Shown here piece after piece: positions 41,201 to 48,081 of a stretch of DNA of 49,174 bases (the stretch's first letter is position 1; each line of letters begins with the position of its first letter). A program made the position numbers and the translations under genes. Under the pieces are notes generated by a model. The model was given only the letters and a program-made list of their open reading frames with translations, searched no databases and was not told where the DNA came from. The stretch is from Acholeplasma sp. (GTDB lineage: Bacteria > Bacillota_I > Bacilli_A > ML615J-28 > CAG-698): NCBI GenBank assembly GCA_012838635.1, contig DUOW01000002.1, forward strand, positions 1 to 49,174, read 5' to 3'.

Positions 41201-42543
41201 ATAACTAAAAAGTTTTCTTTGATTTGTTTTAAAACATCAATGATATAGTCTCTTGACAAAAAATCTGAAGAGATTAAAACTTGATGCCATTGGTTTTTAG
41301 AAATTGAAGGTATAATTTTACGATAACTTTCAATTTCTTCTAACGCCTTCAAAACATCTAAAAACTCATGTTTATATAAAATATCTAAATTAGCTATTTC
41401 TAATAACTTTTTCTTTTGTAATGACAAAACAGCAAGTTCAGTTAAGACCTCTACATAACGATAGTCTTGGATTTTTGAATAGATTTTTGCTTCATAATCA
41501 CTAACTTCTTGATATAATTCTAATAATTCTGCCTTTTCTGTTAACTCTTCATATTTACCTTTTGGATAAGGAGAAGCTTCACCATAATTAAAATAGGCAA
41601 AAGAATTAGAAAAGTTTACAACATAATTTTCTAAATTTAAAATATTAAATTTATTATATACTGCTTCTAAAGTTTCATCTTGGTTGGAAATATACAAGAT
41701 TCTTTTTCCTTGCGTAATTGCTTCTAAACAAATGTTGATTAAAGTTAGTGTCTTACCAGTTCCTAACCTTCCAACAATCACAAAACTATTACCAATACTT
41801 GCATTATATAAAGCTTCTCTTTGTTTTTTATTTAAAGGAGCAATATATCTTAAAGTACAATCTTTACTGTAAAGTTTATCAAGCAAACTTTCGTTTTGGT
41901 CTCTTACAATCGGAAACGTGCTATGTTTTAAATCTGGCCTATCTTCTACTGTCTTAGCAATTGTTAGATAGTTCTCTAACTTAACATCTAAACCTTCAAT
42001 ATTGGCTAGTTGCAAGATATAACGATCTAATGAATATAAAGAATCAAAACGATCTAATAATTGCATTGGTAACAATCTTCTTTGATCAGGTGTAAGAATC
42101 GTCGATAGAACATTTACTAAAATATCGTTAGCAATTGGACGGGCATATTTTTGAAGATAAATTTCGTTATTCTCAAAATATAAATTAACTGGAATTAAAA
42201 TAATTGGAGCGAATTTTTCTTCATTATTGTTATCACGATATCTTACCAAACCATAAGTTAAGAAAAGTTGATAAACTCTATTTTTCTTATTCAAGCTATC
42301 GATAAACATATATGGAATTATATTTTGTAAACTTTCGCGATTAATCCTAAAGTTCGACATCCCACTATTTTGAATATTATAGTCTGATATTTCATCAATC
42401 CTAATTCTTTCAAAATTCAAAATTCTTTCCATAACTTCATAATCAATATTACCAAGTTCGATATATGGAGTATCAGAAAAGATATCTTGTAAGTATGTAG
42501 CACTATTTGATAATCTCATTTTACGATTAGATCCTTGAATCAT
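38248..42543 (-). CDS. Large DUF4011 / SF1 (Upf1-like) helicase / Vsr-like nuclease-fold protein with degenerate catalytic motifs
   Basis: DUF4011-like 'LFLTYGLV..FAPIILIPV'. 'QREAL..SFVIVGRLGTGKT..GKRILYIS'. Long helical insert. 'FDLVIIDDAQ'. C-terminal 'GYKV...GFKMINVW'. Start set at ATG 42543 (GGGAG RBS). Confidence 0.75.
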   Translation of the reverse strand: MIQGSNRKMRLSNSATYLQDIFSDTPYIELGNIDYEVMERILNFERIRIDEISDYNIQNSGMSNFRINRESLQNIIPYMFIDSLNKKNRVYQLFLTYGLVRYRDNNNEEKFAPIILIPVNLYFENNEIYLQKYARPIANDILVNVLSTILTPDQRRLLPMQLLDRFDSLYSLDRYILQLANIEGLDVKLENYLTIAKTVEDRPDLKHSTFPIVRDQNESLLDKLYSKDCTLRYIAPLNKKQREALYNASIGNSFVIVGRLGTGKTLTLINICLEAITQGKRILYISNQDETLEAVYNKFNILNLENYVVNFSNSFAYFNYGEASPYPKGKYEELTEKAELLELYQEVSDYEAKIYSKIQDYRYVEVLTELAVLSLQKKKLLEIANLDILYKHEFLDVLKALEEIESYRKIIPSISKNQWHQVLISSDFLSRDYIIDVLKQIKENFLVIEKEKATLETKYGVAPQNSLSRFRNTTSNIKKLSISDLPESWKKVGFASYEEAVEEFDSLKEIMTSLQEIVYNLDAKWKDYQTIEIDKLIKDALGKHSKQDLEYLNALLKARKDLTTLNNNFAYQKELYEINSKILEKAFEIKLFLNDSMQANLIHFLDLYKEGAFKFKDIVHYSQDKIFVKQLFRAEIIANRYLRTIDEFEKEYPYVRMNSIENYLNILNKKKISNIEKRLLNAYRKEDQRKVKEDYDVLLKKTRKVYDAQRGLMKLDKIYENYFLGSDFSGMVKRYKNIETFFEENKNSTFKKALVGLAIKLEKYTEQEKLELTNALNAYNSSIIEITKLTRSYAVFGFESEKDSFKDIYQELTSFYSYITSLYKTNDLLIEQLLEKKEYVSLEDYYELSESKDQIARIVKGLRSNSKYQKIYGNLYLNENTNLSNIQRTLQNFKKYRDCFISDSKVIASLGAKNAEKINEHLNVALEASEDLNRAFQNYAKYFQTGVSYFLYFDFPVIIEHLNTLLKKEKELDAYLVINRNLRKINSYKLEDLSEIVVSENKDNNLVASFKYTYFAYLKNEFLKKKPEGDDCQDALNKVIALEKTLIRKDINNLVADIRKHSSNKFSVHNIKELDYRRYIKRTKGTKHLFLAPVSLLNYYLDVNDFDLVIIDDAQLLNASEYYNAVLGKQIIISGELQPQGAVFNTLISRMMNETIIKFDFRYLPTPKKILNYIPGLQSLIKNTYSGNRGIEIIKDKIVYYITLLYMTNKDIKINVFIRNFEKQKEVYTEIANSLIHANLSTSDIYTILTRRINIGDINNVYLYHADYNVIWLEDYHEVNLEHISLNILDTLLLCNERVIIYDSNNYIRSDNLFPKTLHGILEEDDAAIFAGVTYNQMNLELKKLIEAKGYKVYEAPGDISIIIEKNDRLYGVLLFFDYTKIHYEILNEYREYYEHYRANGFKMINVWITHFDNDLKKIADYIVKEIKNET

Positions 42544-42566
42544 TGCGCTATCTCCCATTTAATCAT

Positions 42567-42575
42567 ATTATACCA
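42567..42575 (-). promoter_or_regulatory. Extended -10 promoter of the helicase-like to ispDF operon
   Basis: TGGTATAAT about 25 nt upstream of ATG 42543. Confidence 0.6.
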
Positions 42576-42716
42576 AAAAACAATGAAAATTTATAGTATT
42601 AAATTGATTTTTGAAAACATAATTATAACTTTTTCAAAAATGGAAAAATTAGAAAATTGTAAAGAAAAAAAGAATTTTTATTTTCATTAATTTTCTTCTC
42701 GAATTATTACTCCTGT

Positions 42717-42727
42717 TGTGATATAAT
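42717..42727 (+). promoter_or_regulatory. Extended -10 promoter of nrdJ
   Basis: TGTG-A-TATAAT. Confidence 0.65.
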
Positions 42728-42776
42728 ACTATAAATAAGTAAGTATAAAATTTAACGAGGAAGGATATGTGAGATT

Positions 42777-45314
42777 ATGCAAGAAAATGTAAACTACTCA
42801 AAAGAATTAAAACAGAAATTAAATGAGGATTTAAAGAACTATTTCCCTCATTTATTTTTAGTCGATGAGACGATGGAGAAAAGCTTTAGTAGCGTTTCGC
42901 GTTTGATTCTCTTAGACCGCTATGCTCAAAAAGATATTAACCACATATCTTACTCTAAAGGTGATTTAGTATTATGCGTTGTTAAGGATGATCCTAAATT
43001 CCCATCAAGAGGAATTGGTTATATCGACCGTATTACGAAAAATCATATTTATATTAAACTTGAAGAAGAATACTTAGGAATAGCGGAAGATGCTACAAAC
43101 AAAGGTATAATTAAAAGAAAAATCAGTGAAGTTGATAAACCACTAGAACTTTACTACGAGCAAATCTGCCAAAGAGTAGCTAATAATTTAAGCATTGGGG
43201 AAACTTTAGATGTTGTTCAAGCATTAGAAAAAGAACTAATTGAGATGAACATCGTTCCTGCTGGTAGAGTTCTTTTTGGTGCTGGTAGTAATACAGCAGT
43301 TACTTACTTCAACTGCTTTGTTATGCCACATATCCATGACTCTCGTGGCGGTATTAGTCGTCACCGTAAAGAGGTTATGGAAATTATGTCTCGTGGTGGT
43401 GGAGTAGGAACAAATGGTTCAACTCTTCGTCCACGTAACGCCTTAGCTAAAGGAGTTAACGGAAAATCTTCAGGATCAGTAAGCTGGCTTAATGACCTAT
43501 CTTCACTTACAAATCTTGTAGAACAAGGTGGAAGTCGTCGTGGAGCACAAATGATTATGCTTGCAGACTGGCATCCAGATATTTTGGAGTTTATCATCAG
43601 TAAAATGCAAAATCCAAAGATTTTACTTTTCTTAATTGAAAACTTAGAGGATGAAGATATCAAACGTCTTGCAAAAGATAAACTTAAGTTTACGCATCTA
43701 ACTCCAGAAGAAATTGAAATTTATGAAACGATTGTAAAACTATCAGAAACTAACCCTGATTTAGTAAGTAAACTTGCTTTACAAAAAGTAAAAGATACTT
43801 TAAATCTAGGTGGAGTATATTCTGTAAATAGCCCCGACTTTTTAAGCGGAGCTAATATTTCTGTTGCTATCACTAAAGAATTTATGCATGCAGTAGAAAA
43901 TGATTTAGACTACGCTTTAAGATTCCCTGATACTGATGATTACTCGCAAGGTGAAAAAGCTGCTTATAATGAAAAATGGCAAGCTTGTGGTGATGTTAGA
44001 GAATGGGAGAAAATGGGTTACCACGTTAAAACATATCGTACAATTAAAGCTCGTGAATTATGGCATCTAATTTGTATTTGCGCTACATACTCAGCTGAAC
44101 CAGGCATCTTCTTTATTGATAATGCTAATGATATGACAAATGCAAAATCATATGGTCAAAAAGTTGTCTGCACAAACCCATGTGGCGAACAACCACTTGC
44201 TCCTTACTCAGTTTGTAACTTAGCTGCTTTAAACTTAGCTAATATGTTTGACTGGGAAAAGCGCGATGTTGATTGGGAAAAATTAGAAAACTCAATTAGA
44301 ATTGCTGTTAGAATGCAAGATAACGTAATTGACCAAACTACTTACTTCTTAGAAGCAAATGAAATTCAAGCTAAAGGTGAACGTCGTGTTGGTCTAGGAG
44401 TTATGGGTTTACATGACTTAATTATTTATTCAGACCTACGTTACGGCAGTAAAGAAGGTAATAAGTTTGTAGATAAATTATTTAAGTTTATCGCTACTAC
44501 TGCCTATGATGCATCAATTAACCTAGCAAAAGAAAAGGGAAGCTTCCCATTCTTAGATCAATATGGTTCAAGAGAGAAATTTATCGAAACTGGTTATATG
44601 AAGGGTATGCCACAAAAAATCAGAAACGATGTTCTAAAATATGGTATTAGAAACTCTCACTTACTAACAATCGCCCCTACTGGTTCTACTGGAACAATGG
44701 TTGGCGTATCAACAGGCTTAGAACCATACTTTGCTTTTAAATATTATCGTAGTGGACGTTTAGGTCAATTTATGGAAGTTAACGCTCCAGTAATTGATAT
44801 TTATCTTGAACATAACCCACAGTATTCATATGATAACTTACCAGATATCTTTGTAAGTGCAATGGGTCTTACAGCTGAAGAACACGCTGATACACAATGT
44901 GTAATTCAAAGATGGGTTGACTCTTCAATCTCTAAAACTGTTAACGCTCCTAAAGGCTACACAGTTGAAGATGTAGAAGACTTATACTTAAGATTATACA
45001 AAGGTGGAGCTAAAGGCGGTACTGTTTACGTAGATGGATCAAGAGACTCACAAGTTCTTACTCTAACTAAGAAAGATAAACTTCCTAAACAAGTAGGCTT
45101 AGAAGATTTAGGTATTGAAATTACTGAATCTAAATCAGATGTAAAAATTGAGCCAGCTGCTAGTTTAGATCAAGTAGCACCTTTAAAAGCTAATCGTGAA
45201 ATCGGTGTTGAAGTTGGTAACTTATGTCCAATTTGCCACGAGGGGATTGTAGAAGAAATTGGTGGCTGCAACACTTGTACAAATTGTAATGCTCAATTAA
45301 AATGCGATATCTAA
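42777..45314 (+). CDS. nrdJ: Class II (adenosylcobalamin-dependent) ribonucleotide reductase
   Basis: 'PAGRVL', 'YFNCFV', 'EQGGSRRGA', 'TNPCGEQPL..CNL', 'IAPTG', 'SISKTVN', Cys-rich tail 'CPIC..GGCNTCTNC..KC'. No beta-subunit gene follows. Confidence 0.9.
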   Translation: MQENVNYSKELKQKLNEDLKNYFPHLFLVDETMEKSFSSVSRLILLDRYAQKDINHISYSKGDLVLCVVKDDPKFPSRGIGYIDRITKNHIYIKLEEEYLGIAEDATNKGIIKRKISEVDKPLELYYEQICQRVANNLSIGETLDVVQALEKELIEMNIVPAGRVLFGAGSNTAVTYFNCFVMPHIHDSRGGISRHRKEVMEIMSRGGGVGTNGSTLRPRNALAKGVNGKSSGSVSWLNDLSSLTNLVEQGGSRRGAQMIMLADWHPDILEFIISKMQNPKILLFLIENLEDEDIKRLAKDKLKFTHLTPEEIEIYETIVKLSETNPDLVSKLALQKVKDTLNLGGVYSVNSPDFLSGANISVAITKEFMHAVENDLDYALRFPDTDDYSQGEKAAYNEKWQACGDVREWEKMGYHVKTYRTIKARELWHLICICATYSAEPGIFFIDNANDMTNAKSYGQKVVCTNPCGEQPLAPYSVCNLAALNLANMFDWEKRDVDWEKLENSIRIAVRMQDNVIDQTTYFLEANEIQAKGERRVGLGVMGLHDLIIYSDLRYGSKEGNKFVDKLFKFIATTAYDASINLAKEKGSFPFLDQYGSREKFIETGYMKGMPQKIRNDVLKYGIRNSHLLTIAPTGSTGTMVGVSTGLEPYFAFKYYRSGRLGQFMEVNAPVIDIYLEHNPQYSYDNLPDIFVSAMGLTAEEHADTQCVIQRWVDSSISKTVNAPKGYTVEDVEDLYLRLYKGGAKGGTVYVDGSRDSQVLTLTKKDKLPKQVGLEDLGIEITESKSDVKIEPAASLDQVAPLKANREIGVEVGNLCPICHEGIVEEIGGCNTCTNCNAQLKCDI

Positions 45315-45323
45315 GGAGCTAAA

Positions 45324-45761
45324 ATGAAGTTATATATGAAAGGCAGAATTATGGCTGCAACGCCAATCATCTGTGTAATTGCCTATTTACTAATGGGGTT
45401 TTTAGCTGACTTGTGGCATCCAGGCTGGGTTGTATTCTTAGCTATACCACTAGTTGCAGCAATTCTCTTTAATAAAAGTCAAAAGCTTGTAACTATCTAC
45501 TCTATGATTATTGCAATTGCTTATATCATTATCGGCTTTACAACAAGCCTATGGCATCCATTTTGGATCTTATTCTTAACAATTCCGATTGTAGCAATCT
45601 TTGCAGGGCCAAGAAATCTAACTGCTGAAGAATTAGAGGACATAATTGATAATCATAATGATGGTTGCGATTGTGGTTGCGAAGAAGAATTTGAAGCTGA
45701 ATTTGAAGAAAAATGCGAAAAAAAGTTTGAAGAGAAATTTAACTCTAAAGATAAAGAATAA
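45324..45761 (+). CDS. Small membrane protein with two 'YxxxG...WHPxWxxFLxIP' repeats and an acidic CxCxC tail
   Basis: AAGGAG RBS overlapping the nrdJ stop. Two WHP hairpin repeats. Tail 'HNDGCDCGCEEEFE'. Confidence 0.8.
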   Translation: MKLYMKGRIMAATPIICVIAYLLMGFLADLWHPGWVVFLAIPLVAAILFNKSQKLVTIYSMIIAIAYIIIGFTTSLWHPFWILFLTIPIVAIFAGPRNLTAEELEDIIDNHNDGCDCGCEEEFEAEFEEKCEKKFEEKFNSKDKE

Positions 45762-45774
45762 TTAAGGAGATTTT

Positions 45775-46113
45775 ATGAAAAAGAAAATTACGGCCGCAAC
45801 GCCAATTATCTGTTTAATAGCTTATTTACTAATGGGCTTTTTAGCTGATTTATGGCATCCAGGTTGGGTTGTATTCCTACTAGTACCACTAGTAAGTTCA
45901 ATCCTAAACGGTAGTGTTAAAATTGTTTCAGTATACACAATTTTAGTAGTTATTGTCTATTTAATTCTAGGATTTACAATTGATGGCTGGCATCCTTGGT
46001 GGATTTTATTCCTAACAATTCCAGTTGTATCAATCTTTGCAAAACCTACTGACGAAAAAGAAAAGAAAAAAGAAAAAAAAGAAAAAGAGACAGTAATTGA
46101 CGCAAACGATTAA
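45775..46113 (+). CDS. Paralogous WHP-repeat membrane protein with a Lys/Glu-rich tail
   Basis: AAGGAG RBS. 'AATPIIC.IAYLLMGFLADLWHPGWVVFL' is nearly identical to the upstream gene. Confidence 0.8.
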   Translation: MKKKITAATPIICLIAYLLMGFLADLWHPGWVVFLLVPLVSSILNGSVKIVSVYTILVVIVYLILGFTIDGWHPWWILFLTIPVVSIFAKPTDEKEKKKEKKEKETVIDAND

Positions 46114-46134
46114 GGGTAATTTATTACCCTTTTT
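46112..46134 (+). terminator. Terminator of the nrdJ-WHP-WHP unit
   Basis: AAGGGTAAT-TT-ATTACCCTT followed by TTT, overlapping the TAA stop. Confidence 0.65.
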
Positions 46135-46149
46135 CAAAAGGAGGAAAAG

Positions 46150-47373
46150 ATGAAAGGAATACTTGTTGGGGTAAATACAACTGACTTAGAACTAGAAGAA
46201 TTGCAAGGGATTGTTGAAGCATGTGCTATTGAAGTTTGTCATATAGTTACCCAAAATTTAGAAAAAATCAATTCTGCTCACTATGTGGGAAAAGGAAAAC
46301 TAGAAGAAATTAAAATGGCTTTAGATTTCTATCAAGCTGAAGTTGTTATCTTTAATAACGAACTTTCTCCATCCCAATATGTTAATATTGAAGATTATTT
46401 AGACTGTATTATTTACGATAAAACATATTGCATTTTAGAAATCTTCAATCAAAGAGCTCAAACTAAAGAAGCAAAAATTCAAACAGAAATTGCTACTTTA
46501 AACTATATGTTGCCTAGACTAATTGCTGTTAATAGAAACTTATCACGTCAAGCAGGATCTAGTGGAGGCCTTTATCTTCGTGGTGGTGGTGAAACAGAAC
46601 AAGAACTTAAAAGAAGAAATGTAAGAAAAAGACTATCTGATTTAAATAAAACTTTAAAAGAGATTAAAAAAACTAATGAAACAAAGAAAGTTAAAAGAAA
46701 TAAATCTTTCTTAAAACAAGTTGCTTTAGTTGGTTATACAAACGCAGGAAAATCTACTACTTTAAATCTTTTCTTAGAAGATGAAGAAAAACTAGTCATT
46801 ACTAAAGATATGTTATTTACTACTTTAGATACTTATACAAGAATCGTCGATATCAATCATCACAAAATCTTGCTTTCAGATACAGTAGGTTTTATTAGTG
46901 ACCTACCAAAACAACTAGTTGATGCCTTCTTATCTACAATCAACGAAGTTAAAGAAGCTGACTTAATTATCCAAGTTGTAAATGGTGCTAATCCTAATTT
47001 TGAAGAAGAAATTGAAAACACAAATAAAATTTTAAAACAAATAGGAGCTCACCAAATTAAAAAAATCTACTTAATAAACAAAGTAGATTTAGTAGAACAT
47101 GCTTTAATTGTTCCAAGTAAATATGAAAATGTAATTAAGTTTAGTGCTAAAACTAAAGAAGGTTTTAATAGACTGATTGAAGCAATTGAAGATAAACTAT
47201 TTTCTAATGAATACTTTTTAAAAGTAGAAATACCTTTAGAAGAAAGTAAACTAATAAACGATCTTAAAAAGCAAGGCCAAATCATTAAGATCATTTATAA
47301 CCCTACTTCTGTTTACTTAGAAGTTTTAGTTAATAAACAACTTTTCGATCAAATATTTAAATACAAAAAATAA
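46150..47373 (+). CDS. hflX: Ribosome-splitting GTPase HflX
   Basis: 'YVGKGKLEE', 'ILEIF..RAQTKEAK.Q', 'RGGGETE', G1 'GYTNAGKS', 'LFTTLD', 'DTVGFI', 'NKVD'. Confidence 0.95.
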   Translation: MKGILVGVNTTDLELEELQGIVEACAIEVCHIVTQNLEKINSAHYVGKGKLEEIKMALDFYQAEVVIFNNELSPSQYVNIEDYLDCIIYDKTYCILEIFNQRAQTKEAKIQTEIATLNYMLPRLIAVNRNLSRQAGSSGGLYLRGGGETEQELKRRNVRKRLSDLNKTLKEIKKTNETKKVKRNKSFLKQVALVGYTNAGKSTTLNLFLEDEEKLVITKDMLFTTLDTYTRIVDINHHKILLSDTVGFISDLPKQLVDAFLSTINEVKEADLIIQVVNGANPNFEEEIENTNKILKQIGAHQIKKIYLINKVDLVEHALIVPSKYENVIKFSAKTKEGFNRLIEAIEDKLFSNEYFLKVEIPLEESKLINDLKKQGQIIKIIYNPTSVYLEVLVNKQLFDQIFKYKK

Positions 47374-47399
47374 AAGCTTGTTTTAAAACAAGCTTTTTT
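47372..47399. terminator. Bidirectional terminator between convergent genes
   Basis: Perfect palindrome AAAAGCTTGTTTTAAAACAAGCTTTT at 47372-47397. Confidence 0.8.
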
Positions 47400-48081
47400 A
47401 TATTCTCTTATCAATTACAAAATCATTTCTTAAAATAATTGATAAAATGATTTCTTTATCTTCAGCACTCATCATCACTTTCGTAAGCTGAAATTGATCT
47501 ACATATTCTAACTTAGGATTAAGATTAACAGTTTCTATAAGATAACAATAATAATTGTAATCTTTCTTTAAGACTATTCCTTTATAACTAACATTAAAAC
47601 AATTACCATAATTACTTGCAAACTTGCTAACTTCTTCATCGTGGAAGTTAGTTTTCATTTTTTGAATAACAGCTAAATATTTATCATTAGTCTTTTCAAG
47701 TAAATACCCATCTTGGTATTTAAGTAAAATGTAAATAAAATCTTTCGGTTTTGAACTTCTTCCACCTTTAAATAATCTTTCATTTTTTCTTGCACCTTGA
47801 ATATAATTATAGATTGTTAGAGTTACTAAATAAAAACCACTAACACCAATTAAAACATAATGCTTCGTAAAGTTTACCATATCTGTATTTTGTCTATCAT
47901 ATAAATAACTTATAACAAACAAACTTACAAAACCTACTCCTAAAAGAAAGTTATAAAAAGCTTTTCTTTTATAGTTTGAATTTCTTACTAGGCCATTTAG
48001 AAGCATAAAGAAAAATCCAACTGCTAAGAAACTTAAAAAGATAATTCTAAGTAAAACAAAAATTGATATTTCTAAAATCAT
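47398..48081 (-). CDS. Hypothetical membrane protein (3 N-terminal TM plus a soluble C-terminal domain)
   Basis: ATGA overlap with the nagA stop. Three hydrophobic segments. Confidence 0.7.
   Translation of the reverse strand: MILEISIFVLLRIIFLSFLAVGFFFMLLNGLVRNSNYKRKAFYNFLLGVGFVSLFVISYLYDRQNTDMVNFTKHYVLIGVSGFYLVTLTIYNYIQGARKNERLFKGGRSSKPKDFIYILLKYQDGYLLEKTNDKYLAVIQKMKTNFHDEEVSKFASNYGNCFNVSYKGIVLKKDYNYYCYLIETVNLNPKLEYVDQFQLTKVMMSAEDKEIILSIILRNDFVIDKRI

Noticed and set aside
42725-42742. NrdR box-like ATACTATAAATAAGTA just after the nrdJ -10
   Set aside because: Spacing is one base off the NrdR palindrome and I found no second tandem box. Too weak in AT-rich DNA, though its position merits a PWM scan.
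42576-42776. Cobalamin riboswitch upstream of nrdJ
   Set aside because: The predicted UTR is about 45 nt and lacks B12-box or GGGAA-type elements.
43600-43850. Intein in NrdJ (insert of about 80 aa after 'EFIISK')
   Set aside because: No N-terminal Cys/Ser block or HN-C/S/T splice junction. It resembles the ordinary insert of Bacillus-type NrdJ.
42777-47373. Plus-strand nrdJ-hflX block as a horizontally acquired island
   Set aside because: Orientation is opposite to its neighbours, but composition looks similar by eye and there are no mobility genes or flanking repeats.
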